A stretch of 64,000 nucleotides of DNA from the human T2T-CHM13v2.0 reference genome, Homo sapiens, in the NCBI RefSeq assembly GCF_009914755.1, contig NC_060926.1. One strand, written 5' to 3'. A program made the translations under genes and the position numbers. This document shows, in pieces, positions 13,711 to 27,588 of the stretch (positions are counted from its first letter, which is position 1; each line of letters begins with the position of its first letter). The notes under the pieces were generated by a model that made no database searches, was not told the DNA's origin, and was given only the letters and a program-made list of their open reading frames with translations.

Positions 13711-16700
13711 AGGAAAAGATAAAATAATTGTGATAAAAGACAAAATAGTCTTGCATATATAACTGTTGGAGAAACTGGTTATCTCTTGTGAAGAAACTAG
13801 AGCTTCTCTCAGGATAATGGATAATAATGGTGATAAGATGTATTCAAAGTCCTAGAGCGTTAGTAGAGTAGTACATAACCAATTATATAGTGAGAAAATA
13901 TGCCTCTGGTAATAGTCGTATTGTCATAATAAAGAGATTTGTAGGAACGAACCCATACTATGAAAACATAACATTTATATAGCACCAAATTACCTGAAAG
14001 TCTATTTGTCTCTCTCCTTGCATATTCACCTCCATTCACTCTTTTGCTGCTTTTTTTAATTTTTAATTTTTTTATTTCAATAGGTTTTTGGGGAACAGGT
14101 TGTGTTTGGTTACATGAATAAGTTCTTGAGTGGTGATTTCTGATATTTTGATGCACCCATCACCTGAGTAGTATATACTGTACCCAATGTGTAGTCTTTT
14201 ATCCCTTGCCACCCCCCCACCCTTTCCCCTAAGTCCCCAAAGTACAATGTATCATTCTTATGCCTTTGTGTCCTCATGGCTTAGCTCCCACATATGCATG
14301 AGAACGTACGATGTTTGGTTTCCATTCCTCAGTTACTTCACTTAGAATAACAGTCTCCAGTTCCATCCAGGTTGCTGCAGATTATTTTGTTCTTTTTATG
14401 GATGAGTAGTATTCTCATCACATTTTCTTTATCCGCACATTGATTGATGGGACATTTGGGCTGGTTCCATATTTTTGCAATTGCAAATTTTGATGTTGTA
14501 AACATGCATGTACAAGTATCTTTTTTGTATAATTACTTCTTTTCCTCTGGGAAAATATCTAGTAGTGGGGTTGCTGGATTAAACGGTAGATCTACTTTTA
14601 GTTCTTAAAGAAATTCCACACTGTTTTCCATAGTGATTGTACTAGTTTACTTTCCCATCAACAGTGTAAAAGTGTTCCCTTTTCACCACATCCACACCAA
14701 CATCTATTATTTTTTTGATTTTTTGATTATGGCCATTCCTGCAGGAGTAAAGTGGTATTGCATTGTGGTTTTGATTTGCATTTCCCTGATCATTAGTGAT
14801 GCTGAGCATTTTTCCATATGCTTGTTGGCCATTTGTATATCTTCTTCTGAGAATTGCCTATTCATGTCCTTAGCCCACTTTTTTATGGGATTGGTTTTTC
14901 CTTGCTGATTTGAGTTATTTGTAGATTCTGGATATTAGTCCCTTGTCAGATGAATAGAATGTGAAGATTTTCTCCCACTCTGTAGGTTGTCTGTTTATTC
15001 TATTGATTATTTCTTTTGCTGTGGAGAAGCTTTTTAGTTTAATTAAGTCCCATCTATTTATCTTTGTTTTTGTAGCATTTGCTGTTGGGTTCTTGGTCAT
15101 GAAGTCTTTGCCTAAGCCAATGTCTAGAAAGGCTTTCATGATGTTATTTTCTAGAATCTTTATGACTTCAGGTCTTAGATTTAAGTCTTTGAACCATTTT
15201 GAGTTGATTTTTGTATAGGGTGAGAGATGAGGATCCAGTTTCATTCTTCTACATGTGGCTTGCCAATTATCCCAGCAACATTTGTTGAATAGCGTGTCCT
15301 GTCCCCATTTTATTTTTTTATTTTGTTCGCTTTGTCAAAGATCAGTTGGCTGTAAGAATTTGACTTTTATTTCTGGGTTTTCTATTCTGTTCCATTGGTC
15401 TATATGCCTATTTTTATACTGGTACCATGCTGTTTTTGTAACTATGGCCTTATAGTATAGTTTGAAGTCGGGTAATGTGAGGCTCCAGATTTGTTCTTTT
15501 TGCTTAGTCTTGCTTTGGCTATGTGAGCTCTTTTTTGGTTCCATAAAAGTTTTAGAATTTTTTTTCTAGCTCTGTGAACAATGATAATGGTATTTTGATG
15601 GGAGTTGCATCGAATTTATAGATTGCTTTTGGAAGTATGGTCATTTTCACAACAGTGACTCTACCCATCCATGAGCAAGGGATGTGTTTCCATTTGTTTG
15701 TGTCATCTATGATTTCTTTCAGGAGTGTTTTGTAGTTTTTCTTGTAGAGATCTTTCACCTCCTTGATTATATGTATTCCTAAGTATTTTTTTCCAGCTAT
15801 GGTAAAAGGGGTTGCATTCTTGATTTCATTCTCAGCTTGCTCACTGTTGGTGTATAGCAGAGCTACTGATTTGTATTAATTTCGTATCCTGAAACTTTGC
15901 TGACTTCATTTCCCAGTTCTAGGAGCTTTTTGGATGAGTATTTAGGGTTTTCTATGTATACAGTCATATCATCAACAAACAGCAACAGTTTGATTTCCTC
16001 TTTACTGATTTGGATGCCCTTTATTTCTTTCTCTTGTCTGATTGCTCTGGCTAAAACTTCCAGTACTATGTTGGATGGAAGTGGTGAAAGTGGGCATCCT
16101 TGTCTTGTTCCAGTTCTCAGTGGGAATGCTTTCAACTTTTCCCCATTTAGTATAATGCTGGCTGTGGGTTTGTCATAGATGGCTTTTATTACCTTAAGGT
16201 ATGTCTCTTCTATGCTGATTTTGCAAGGGTTTTAATCATAAAGTGATGCTGGATTTTGTCAAATGTTTTTTCTGCATCTATTGAGAAAACTATGTGATTC
16301 TTATTTTTAATTCTGTTTATGTGGTATATCACATTTATTGACTTACATATGTTAAACTATCCCTGCATCCCTGGTATGAAACCCACTTGATAATGGTGAA
16401 TTATCTTTTTGTTATGCTGTTGGATTCAGTTAGCTAGTATTTTGTTGAGGATTTTTGCATCTATGTTCATCAAAGATATTGGTCTGTGGTTTTCTTTTCT
16501 TGTTATGTCCTTCTCTCATTTTGGTATTAGGGTGATACTGGCTTCATAGAATGATTGAGGGAGAATTCCCTCTTTCTCTCTTTGAATAGTGTCAATAGCA
16601 TTGGTACAAATTGTTCTTTGAATGTCTGATAGAATTCAGCTGTGAATCTGTCTAGTCCTGGACTTTTATTCGTTGGCAATTTTTAAATTACTATTTCAAT

Positions 16701-17357
16701 CTCACTATTCGTTATTGGTCTGTCCAGAGATTCTACTTAGTACATCTTCTTGTTTTAATTTAGGAGGGTTGTATATTTCCAGAAATTTATCCATCTCCTC
16801 TAGGTTTTTTAGTTTATGTGCATAAAGGTATTCATAGCAGCCTTGAATAATCTTTTGGATTTCTGTGGTATCAGTTGTAATAGCTCTCATTTTGTTTCTA
16901 TTTGAGCTTATTTGGATCTTCTCTCTTCTTTTCTTGGTTAATCTCACTATTGGTCTATCAATTTTGTTTATCTTTTCAAAGAACCAGCTTTTTGTTTCAT
17001 TTATCTTTTGTATTTTTTGTTTGTTTATTTGTTTCCATTTCATTTAGTTCTGCTCTGATCTTTGTTATTTGTTTTCTTCTCCTGGGTTTGGGTTTGGATA
17101 GTTCTTGTTTCTTCAGTTCCATGAGGTGTGACCTCAGATTGTCTACTTGTGCTCTTTCAGACTTTTTGATGTAGGCATTTAATGCTATGAACTTTCCTCT
17201 TATCACTGTTTTTTCTGTATCCCAGAGGTTTTGATAGATTGTATCACTATTATTGTTCAGTTCAAAGAATTTTTTAATTTTCGTCTTGATTTCATTGTTG
17301 ACCCAATGATCATTCAGGAGCAGGTTATTTAATTTCCATGTATTTTCGTGGTTTTGA

Positions 17358-17813
<456 letters not shown>

Positions 17814-18055
17814 TAATGAATAGAATGTATATTCTTCAGTTGTTTGGTAGAATGTTCTGTAAATATCTGTTAAGTCCATTTGTTGTAGGGTATAGTTTAA
17901 GTTCATTTTTTTTTTTGCTGACTTTCTGTCTTGATGACCTGTTTAGTGCTGTCAGTGGAGTATTGAAGTCCCCCACTATTATTGTGTTGCCATCTATCTC
18001 ATTTTTTTTAGGTCTAGTAGTAATTGTTTTATAAATTTGGGAGCTTCAGTGTTAG

Positions 18056-18060
<5 letters not shown>

Positions 18061-18100
<40 letters not shown>
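18061..18100. repeat. (TA)20 microsatellite within L1
   Basis: Perfect TA run. Confidence 0.95.
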
Positions 18101-18106
<6 letters not shown>

Positions 18107-19689
18107 ATTATAATATTTTCCTGTTTGACTAGTTCTTTTATTATTGCATAGTGTCCCCCTTTGTCTTTTTTAACTGCTGTTGCTTTAAAGTTTGTTTTAT
18201 CTGGTATAAGAATAGCTACAATTCACTTTTCATGTCCATTTGCATAGAATAGCTTTTTCCACCCCTTTACCTTAAGTGAATGTTAGTCCTTATGTTTTAG
18301 GTGAGTCTCCTGAAGACAACAGAAACTTGGCTGGTGAATTTTTATCCATTCTGCCATTCTGTATCTTTTAAGTGGAGCATTTAGGCCATTTACATTCAAT
18401 ATTAGCATTGAAATGTGAAGTACTATTCTATCCATCATGCTATTTGTGGCCTGAATACATTTTTTTTCATTGTGTTATTTTCATATAGATCCTGTGAGAT
18501 TTATGCTTTAAGGATGTTCTATTTTGATGTATTTCAAGGATTTGTTTCAAGATTTGGAGCTCCTTTTAGCAGTTCTTACAGTACTGGCTTGGTAGTGGTG
18601 AATTCTCTCAGAATTTTTTTGTCTGAAAAAGACTGTATCTTTCCTTCATTTATGAAGCTTAGTTTCACTGGATACAAAGTTCTTGGCTGATAATTATTTT
18701 ATTTAAGGAGGCTAAAAATAGGTACCTAATCACTTCTAGCTTGTAGGGTTTCTGCTGAGAAATCTGCTGTTAATCTGACAGCAGATTTCCTTTATAGATT
18801 ACCTGATGCTTTTGCCTCACAGTTCTTAAGACTCTTTCCTTTGTCTTGACTTTAAGTAACTTGATGACTATGTGCCTAGGTGATGATCTTTTTGTGATAA
18901 GTTTCCCAGGTGTTCTTTGAGCTTCTTGTATTTGGATGTCTAGATCTCTAGCAAAGCCAGGAAGTTTTCCTCAATTATTCCCTCAAATATGTTTTCTAAA
19001 CTTTTAGATTTCTCTTCTTCCTCAGGGATACCAATTATTCTTAGGTTTGGACGTTTAACATAATTCCAGACTTCTTGGAGGCTTTGTTCATTTTTTTTTC
19101 ATGCTTTTTTCATTGTCTTTGACAGATTGGGTTAATTCAAAAGCCTTGTCTTCAAGCTCTGAAGTTCTTTTTTCCACTAGTTCAATTCTATCACTGATAC
19201 TTTCCAGTGCATTTTGCATTTCTCTAAGTGTATCCTTGATTTCCAGAAGTTGTGATTGTTTTTTATTTATGCTATCTATTTCACTGAAGTCTGCAGTGGT
19301 GATCCAGTTTCTTCAAAGGGTCTGTGGATTCTCTTGGCTTTCCTGGTATGCTCCTGTGGTAGTTCTTGGAGCAAAAGTTCACAGTGTGAGTCTTCACATA
19401 CTTCTCTGTCCATGCGAGCAGGAGCTGCAAGCTAGTTCTGCCTCATATATGCCATCTTAATCCTCCATTCACTTTTTAACCCATTTTGAGCTGATGTTTT
19501 CTCAGTCACTACAGTGGCATTGGTTACGCTGAGTAATTAATAACCTCATCAATTACCTCTGAGTTTTCATTCCTGCATTTTTTAATGGATTTTGCTGAGT
19601 GCCTACTATGTATTAAGTACCATAGGAGGTGTTCGGGATAAGATAAATAGGTCCTGGTTGTCACAGAATGTATACACTGAAGGCATATG

Positions 19690-20310
19690 ACACACTGGTG
19701 AGAGCAAGTTCCAGCAGCCAGGATGGCTAGGTTTGAATCCCACTCTTCACCTTACTTGTTATGTGACCTTGTGAAAACTGCATGATTTTTTTTCCCTTAA
19801 TTTCTTCTGCTTAGAAATGGAGATAACAATACTATTGTTAGTTGTCTGTTGTTGGCTTTGCGCCATTACCACCAGGCCCTTTTAAGGCTGAGAACTGACT
19901 TCCCAGAACCCCCTTCTCTGGATAGTTCCATACTAGAATTTCCCATTACAAGAAACTCATGTGAATTTAGAAGACAGAAGTAAATCAAAGGCCTGTTCTC
20001 AGAAGTTCATGGCAGTCAGACACAACAGGATTCCAGATCTCTCTACAAGCTCTTACTTTGTGATTAAGACTTTTCCCTGATATGCCCACGATCAGTGGAT
20101 TTCTCCCTGCTCTCCACTGCTTCTGCCACTGCCTCCAAATCTTCACTTCTCCAGATCCTCCCACATAAAACTCCTATATTAATTCCGTTTTCCCATAGTA
20201 GCTTCATTTTCCTGAAAGAACCCAGATGGATACAGGTACCTACATGATAGTATCACTGAGATGATTGAGTTAATACATGAAATAGCACTTAACACAGCGT
20301 TTGGCACAAG
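19690..20310 (+). mobile_element. MIR split by an LTR
   Basis: ggtttgaatcccactc...tgtgacctt...aaatggagataacaat, resuming at gtacctac...atgaaatagcacttaacacag...ggcaca. Confidence 0.7.
19836..20234 (+). mobile_element. Old ERVL-type solo LTR (LTR33/LTR16-like)
   Basis: TG...CA termini, ttcccagaaccccctt motif, 3' end ttttcctga...ccc..gataca; interrupts a MIR. Confidence 0.55.
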
Positions 20311-20339
20311 GCAAGGACTGTCTTATTCCTATTATGATA

Positions 20340-20880
20340 CGTGATATCAAGGAAATAAAATATAAAGCAATAGGGTGATGAAGACAGAGTAGTGGAGGGA
20401 TAGAGTGGTCAGGGAAGATTACTCTGAGCATATGATATTTGAATAGAGTCATGAAAAATAAGAATGGAAAAGCCATGCTAACATTTGGGGAAAGGAAAGA
20501 GCAAGCAAAGAGCTTGCTGCATCTTAGGAAGAGAACAAAGGACAATGGAGACTAAAGAAGGAAGTGTCATGAGATGGGTTAGAGAGAGATCATCTCATGG
20601 ATGACAGATTTGGGAGGTTCTTGTAGGTCATGATAGAATATAGATTTTTTTCCCTGCTTATAAGGGGAGGTGATTAAAAGTTTATAAGCAGATAAGTGGC
20701 ATGATATAATTTGTTTTAACTAGAGTCTTCTGGTTGTAATTTAAGATTAGAATAGAAGTGGCTGTCACAGTAGAGAGTTGGTGGTTTGGGCTCGGAAGAT
20801 GAAGATGGCAATGGAGAACCACAGAGACACAAGTTTCAGGGAAGTTGTTAGCAGGGTAGGCTGACGGTTGGATATGCGGA
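20340..20880 (-). mobile_element. L2 fragment
   Basis: ttttataagcagataagtggcatgatataatttgttttaactagagtcttctgg is typical antisense L2. Confidence 0.65.
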
Positions 20881-21149
20881 GTAGCAGAAAGCCTTTCCTC
20901 CACGTTCGTCAAGAGTTTAACTCCCTAGATTTCCAGGACATTGCCTTCTCCTAGTTTTCCTTCTGTTTTCCAGATTTCTTCTTCCCTTGCTCTCATTCTT
21001 CTATTATTCCCTAAATACGTTCCTTTGCCCCTTCTTTCCCCTACCCATTCCTTTGTACTCTCCACAGTGCTTCGTTCTTTTTTCCCTTCCTTTTTATCTT
21101 TACACCGGGTGCTTGGAATAGGGAAAACACTTCTTTCCCTGCCGCAATT

Positions 21150-21830
21150 CACAGATTTCTATCCCTATCTCAGACCACTCTCCTGATAACTAGATTCAAT
21201 TACCAATTAGACATCGCTGTTTGGTCCCACAAGTGCTTCAGATTCAACATATGCTAAACTGAACTAGGTCTTCTCCTAAACCTTCTCCTGTGTTCCCTCT
21301 GTTGTTTAACAACACTACTAAGCATCCAATCATCCAAGCCAGAAAACTGGGGGCCATCCTAAAATTTTTTTCTCACCTCTCAATATCTAATCAGTCACAA
21401 AGTCCAATCAACATTATCTCCTCAATACTTCCCACATCTTTCCCCAGCATCCATCTTCATTGTTACTTCCTTAATTACAGTCATCCTCTTCCTTTTAAAT
21501 ATCCCAACTGATTTCTCTCTTTCAGTTTTATTTCTTCAAATGTGGCCTCTACCCTGCCTCTTGAGTGGTCTATGTATTACTCCATTCTTACTTTTCCTCT
21601 TCTTGAAACTTCCATTTGTTCCATTGCCTCTGGGATAAAACACAAGTTGCTCACATGGAGTACCAGACAGTCTGTGATCTCTACCTGGCTTGTAGCATTC
21701 ACCTCATCTCCCATGACAGCTACACTGAATTATTTAAGTTCTCCAAATTTTCCTTATTGTTCTATGCCAGCTCAAGCATTTCCTCCACTAAGAAGTCTTC
21801 TCTCATTCTCACAGTTATGTCAGTCTTCTT
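21150..21830 (+). mobile_element. L2 fragment
   Basis: attcaacatatgctaaactgaact...caagccagaaaactgggggccatcct. Confidence 0.65.
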
Positions 21831-21839
21831 CATTTCAAA

Positions 21840-22290
21840 ACTTTACTGTGTACATTTCTGTTACATACTACTAGTTTTATACTGTACAATAGCTAATTGT
21901 TTGATTATTGCCATCATTCACTTTTATTCCCGTTTCACAGCTCCTATTCTGCCTGTATTCCCTGTATACACAACCATTCTAATGTGTTTGTATGTGCTTT
22001 GACAAAATGTGATTCTTTTGTTTTATGTTTATTTTTAATTTATGTAAATGGTATTGTGTTACATTTCACTGTTTCCTTTTAAAATTAATCATATGTCTTT
22101 CTAATGCATCCATGTTGCTATGTGGCAGCTAGCACATTGCTCCTAAAAGGTTACTCATAATATTACAAGGTGAACACACCCACCATATTTTATCTACATA
22201 TTCTTCAAGCTATGCACAACCAGAACGCCTTCTGCTCCCAGCCACCAAAACTAAGGCAGCAATGAACATACTTGTCAATGTCTCTCTTTT
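21840..22290 (-). mobile_element. L1ME-type 3' fragment
   Basis: tttatgtaaatggtattgtg...catccatgttgct...gcagcaatgaacatacttgt. Confidence 0.55.
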
Positions 22291-23059
22291 GTAAATTGAT
22301 GCAATTTGGTCTACTAAGAGAACATATACACGAGAAAGCTGATTAAAAAGTCTCATTTTTCAAATCAAATCTGCCATCTTTTTCTTCATGCTAATTAATA
22401 AATTGTATGCTTGATGTATCCATCTTTTTTTTAGGTTAGCGTGTTAAGTCTCTGAAGCTGATTAACGGCTTAACTCAAGTTTTCGCACCTGCAGACCAGT
22501 GACCCCCCACCGCCGCCCCCCCGCAAGGCATCTGTTTGACGTCTCTTTAATTTTATTAGTGGCTTATGGACAAAATCACTTGACTTAACCTTTTTCAAGT
22601 GTAAGTTATTTGGATTCACAAGAGCATTTTTCTCCCTGTTATAAATCAATGAACCCAGTTAAGATTAACTGCCTACATGTGAGCTTCAAAAGATCTTCTA
22701 TGGCCAGGCAAAGTTGAAAGAAACACATAATTCCATAACATGCTAAACACAAGTTGATCAAAGTTTTTGGAGCTGGTTACTTAATGCTGTACTTCCTCAT
22801 TCTCAAACAATCTGATTTCAAGTAGTTTGTGTCTAAAACATATATTACTAGACTGCAAACATTCATCCTTTGGAAGAAAAATCATTTCTGTATCTTAACT
22901 GGTCAAAATCTATGTTTCAACAGACCTAAACTAAACTCTGGGCTAAACATTCCTGAACCTAATTTGTGAAATTCCATAATGTTTGGAGATTAAAGCAAAA
23001 AGAAATGAAAATAAAAGAAACATAGCTAATGATTCATTTTAAACATGAAAACTTCCTAT

Positions 23060-23650
23060 ATAGAATAATCATGGAATCCTGGAAGCAAAAGGAATCATAG
23101 GCCTTAGATATTAAACAGTGTGTTGGGGGAGGGGCATTGTTCAAGTCCTTGGAATTCTGAGGAAATGTCATGGGTGGGGGCAGTCATTGCAGGGGATGGG
23201 GGAGTTGAGGAGACCAATAAGGTAGGGTACAACCAAACAGTCTTCCTTTTACACATACATATTTTAAATTTTATGCTTTCATGTAAGAGATCATTTGAAA
23301 AAAATTACACTACTTGAAAATAAATTGAAAGTCTCTGACCTAGTCCAGTATTTCACACAAATCAGTATCTTCTATGACAATCTTGACAGGCAGTAATCCA
23401 ATATCTGTTTGCACACTGCTGTCATTGTGAGTTCACTGTCCTGAAGCAGCTCATTTCCATATCAGATGTCTCAAGTTCTTGGGATGCTTATTTCTTCTAG
23501 AGTGCCATATTTAACCCCCTGTAACTTCTATGGCCTACTTATCTTCTCTGAAATAATACAGACTTTCTATCTGTTACCTCCCTCCCTTATGTGTTCTTTC
23601 ACAAATGGATAAACTGTGAATGCTGTTTTGTGCAGGCTAACCAATCTCAG
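23060..23650 (-). mobile_element. L3/CR1 LINE relic
   Basis: gagttcactgtcctgaagcagctcatttcc...ccctgtaacttc resembles the antisense L3 3' region. Confidence 0.5.
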
Positions 23651-23671
23651 TTCCTCAAATATATACCTTTT

Positions 23672-25306
23672 GAATTGGAAGAATCAATATCATTAAAATG
23701 ACCATACCACCCAAAACAATGTATAGATTCAATGCTACTCTTATCAAATTACCAATGTCATTCTTCATAGAATTAGAAAAAATTAGTCTAAAATTCATAC
23801 GGAGCATAAAAAGAACCCTAACAGCCAAAGCAATCTTAAGCAAAAAGACCAAAGCTGGAGGCATCACACCACCTGACTTCAAACTATAATAACCAACACA
23901 GCATGGTACTGGCACAAAAGCAGAGACATAGACCAACGGATCAGAATAGAAAACTCAAAAGTAAAGCAGCACACTCACAGCCATCTGATCTTCGACAAAG
24001 CCCACAAAAACAAGCAATGGGGAAATGACTCCCTAGTCAATAAATGGTCCTGGTGTAACTGGCTAGCCATTTGCAAAAGAATGAAGCTGGACCTTTACCT
24101 TTCACCATATAAAAAAATAATTCTAAAGGTTTAAATGTAAGACCTCAAACTATAAAAATCCTAGAAGAAAACCTAGGAAATACCCTTCTCAACATCAGCC
24201 TTGGCAACGGATTTTGGCTAAGTCTCCAAAAGCAATTGCAACAAAATCAAAAATCGATGTGGGACTTACTTGAACTAAAGAGCTTCTGCACAGCAAAATA
24301 AACTATCAATAGAGTAAACATACAACATAAAGAATGAGAGAAAATATTCACAAGCTATGCATCCAACAAAGGTCCAATATCCAGGATCTATAAGGAACTT
24401 AAATCAACAAGAAAAAGACAAATAACCCCATTAAAAAATGGACAAAGGACATGAACAGTTTTCAAAATGAGACATATAAGTGGCCAGCAAATACATCAAA
24501 AAATGATCATTACTACTAATCATTAGAGAAATGCAAATCAAAACCACAATGAGATATCATCTCACACCAGTCAGTATGGCTATTGTTTTTGTTTTATTTA
24601 TTTTTTTTTCAGTAGCAGAATTGCTATTATTGAAGTCAGAAAACAACAGATGCTGGCAAGGCTGTGGAGAAAAGGGAATGCTTATACCCCACAGGTGGGA
24701 ATGTAAATTAGTTCAGCCACTATGGAAAGCAGTTTGGAGATTTCTCAAAGAACTTAAAACAGAGCTACCATTAGACCCAGTAGTTCCATTACTGTGTGTA
24801 TACCCAAAGGAAAATAGATTATTATACCAAAAAGACACATGCAGTTATGTGTTCATCACCACACTATTCACCATAGGAAAGACATGGAATCAACCTAGAT
24901 GCCCATCAGTAATGGATTGGATAAAGAAAATGTGGTACATACACACCGTAGAATACTACATAGCCATAAAAAATAATGAAATCACATCATCTGCAGTGAC
25001 ATGGATGCAGCTGGAGGCCATTATTCTAAGCAAATTAATACAGGAACAGAAAACCAAATACCGTATGTTCTCCTTTATAAGTGGGAGCTAAATATTGAGA
25101 TGCATGGACATAAAGATGGAAACAATAAACACTGAAGACCATTATACCAGAGTGGGGAGAGAAGGAGGCATTTGTGGGTTGAAAAATCTACCTATTGGGT
25201 ACTACGTTCACTACCTGAGTGAAATATACCCATGTAATATGCTTGCACATGAACCTCCTGTATCCAACATGAAAGTTGAATTAAAAAAAACAAAAGTAAA
25301 AATGAA
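23672..25306 (+). mobile_element. 5'-truncated old L1PA (L1PA15-17-like), ORF2 C-terminus and 3'UTR
   Basis: ORF 24531..25091 is the ORF2 C-terminus (MRYHLTPV...CKLVQPLWK...WNQPRCP...KKMWYIHT); 3' end cctattgggtact...aaagttgaatt plus A tail; degenerate TSD aaatatataccttt/aaagcatataacttt. Confidence 0.9.
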
Positions 25307-26319
25307 AAGCATATAACTTTTAAATGACCAGTGGAATGTTTTATTCTCTTCAGGTTAGTTGCATCCTTATCATCTTTGTCATGACATCACCTTAGAGTCA
25401 GTCACTTTCTTCCTGTCTTCTTCCTGTCTTCTCTACTACACAAATGTGCATCTCGAGGGCATGGACCACGTCTTTCCTTCTCATCTTGGTATCCCCAGGG
25501 TATGAGCCCAGCAGATACTAGGCACTCACCCTATCTTGGTTGGTAACCAAATTCAAAGTAAAATATATTTTTTTCCAATCTAGAACTGCAAGATGAGAGA
25601 CAGTAAAAGCAGACCCTAGAATCATAGCAGAGGATAAGCTAATTACCAGCCACAAACAGAAACCCTCACCTTTCCAAAGTCCACATTCTGGCCACTGCAA
25701 AACTACCTTTTCTCTGAGACATTTAGAGAAGTCAGGAAGGCTGCCTGAGGACTATGATGAGAAAAGCGTTTTTAAAATGTGTTCCCCATCAACACAAACC
25801 AAATCAAGGAAGCAAAAGTCAATGAAAATCCAGCCATACAATTCTATTGAAAGATCCAGACCCCTGATAGTGCCCTCTCAAAGGACCAGAATGTTTGGGC
25901 ACCTGTGGGGATGGAGTGCCAGAACCACGTTGTGTTGTAACCAATAGGCTCATTCTGGGAATCAGAATCATATGCCAAGGCAGGTGGGAAAATAAAGAGT
26001 AGGTGTTCAACTCCTAGTAAACCTTGCTGGAAAAAGAAAAAGTACAGCTATCCAGTTGTTTGTGGGTGGTGAAACTATGAGGAAATGAGAAACAAGATCA
26101 GACTGTTTTTAAAGTCCCAAGCAGTAGGGAACCTTGAAGGAAGAAGGTGTGAGCTTTGTAAAAAGTCAAAGGTAAAGGAAACAAGTTATACCCCAGGAAA
26201 AGCTACTCTACTTTCTCCATTTTGAAAATCTTCGCAGACAGGAGTGTTAGAAAATGAAATCAAAACTCAGTCTAGGGTGACTTTTCAATTCTAGATCTAT
26301 AGGACAGACTTTACCTATA

Positions 26320-26397
26320 TACACACATAAAGACACACCCACAAACACACACACACATGCATATACACACACACACTCACATACACACACACACTCC
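26320..26397. repeat. Degenerate (CA)n microsatellite
   Basis: Interrupted CA runs. Confidence 0.85.
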
Positions 26398-26529
26398 TGT
26401 GTAATTTGGCAAGAAACCTGACAAGACTGAGTGAAAAACATTCTCGGGGTCCTGAGAAGGCAGCTATCAAGGTGTTGCTGGGAACCCATAGCTTGGTAGT
26501 TAAGGCAGAGAAAGACCATCAGCAGGAAT

Positions 26530-27588
26530 ATTCCCCTTCCCTTCATTCAATTTCATTCATGTCCATGGCTTCAGTTACCAGTTGTGTAGCAATGACTATC
26601 AACTCCACATGTGCAGCCCTGACCTTTCCTCTGAGCGTTTGTCCCATTTATCCAACTGCCCATTCTGTGTCTCCACATAGATGCTACAAAGGCACCGCTG
26701 TATCAACATGTGCAAGAGGAACTGGTGATTTTTCTTTACCTGTTTCTCTTCCAGAATTCCTTATCTGAGTAAATGGCCCCCTCACCTATTCAACTGTGCA
26801 AGCCAAAATCTAGGAGTCATTGTTGATGCAGCCCACAATTACATAAATATCTAATCTGGTGACAAGGTTTGTCAGTCCTTACCAACTTCTCCATCTGTCC
26901 ACTTGTCTTCATTGTCTGCCATGCCTTAGTCTTAGCTACAATCTTGGCCTCTTTTGACTATAGCACTAGCCTCCTAACAGGTGTCGCACATTCACTCTTA
27001 CCCCTCCAAACTATGCTTCATAGCAAGCTTTCAAATCCTTTCTGTTTTCCCATTGTTCTTGAGCTAAAGACCAGAATTCTTATTCAAGCCACAAAGCCTT
27101 TAATGGTTCAGACCCTGCCTACCTTTCCAGCCTCAGCAGGATCACCTTACCTCTTACTCTAATGTCATGCCTCACAAGTTCTTTCAGTTCTTCAGGGCAC
27201 TTGCTTTCTCCTGCAACAGCCTTTGCTTGAGTAATTGCTTCTGCTTGGAGTTCTCTTCTGAGCTGACACATCCGAACTCTTCCAATCTCACCTCAAACAT
27301 CACTTTCTCAGGCAGCCTTCCTGGCACTCAGGTGGGTTGGGTCCCTCCTTTTAATACCCTCATAGCACTTTATACTTTTCCCTTTATATTTATCACAGTG
27401 ATGGTTTTATATTTGAATATGTATCCTTTTGATTCAAGCTTCTCTCCCCTCCTAGACTATAAGGTCCATGGGCACAGGATCCATTGCTTCTTTTGTCACC
27501 CTGTGTGCCCAGGACCCTGACATTGCCCAATCCACAAGCATTCAACCAACTTTTTGTATTGTGTGAATGAATGAAAGAATGAATGAAA
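26530..27588 (+). mobile_element. L2 3' portion with (TGAA)n tail
   Basis: caagccaaaatctaggagtcattgttga...ctagactataaggtccatgggcacagg...tgaatgaatgaa. Confidence 0.8.

Noticed and set aside
19270-19300. Possible spliced L1 insertion
   Set aside because: The deleted interval does not begin with GT or end with AG in the sister copy.
24531-25091. 186-aa ORF
   Set aside because: C-terminus of a 5'-truncated L1 ORF2 with a damaged cysteine-rich motif and an insertion; no promoter.
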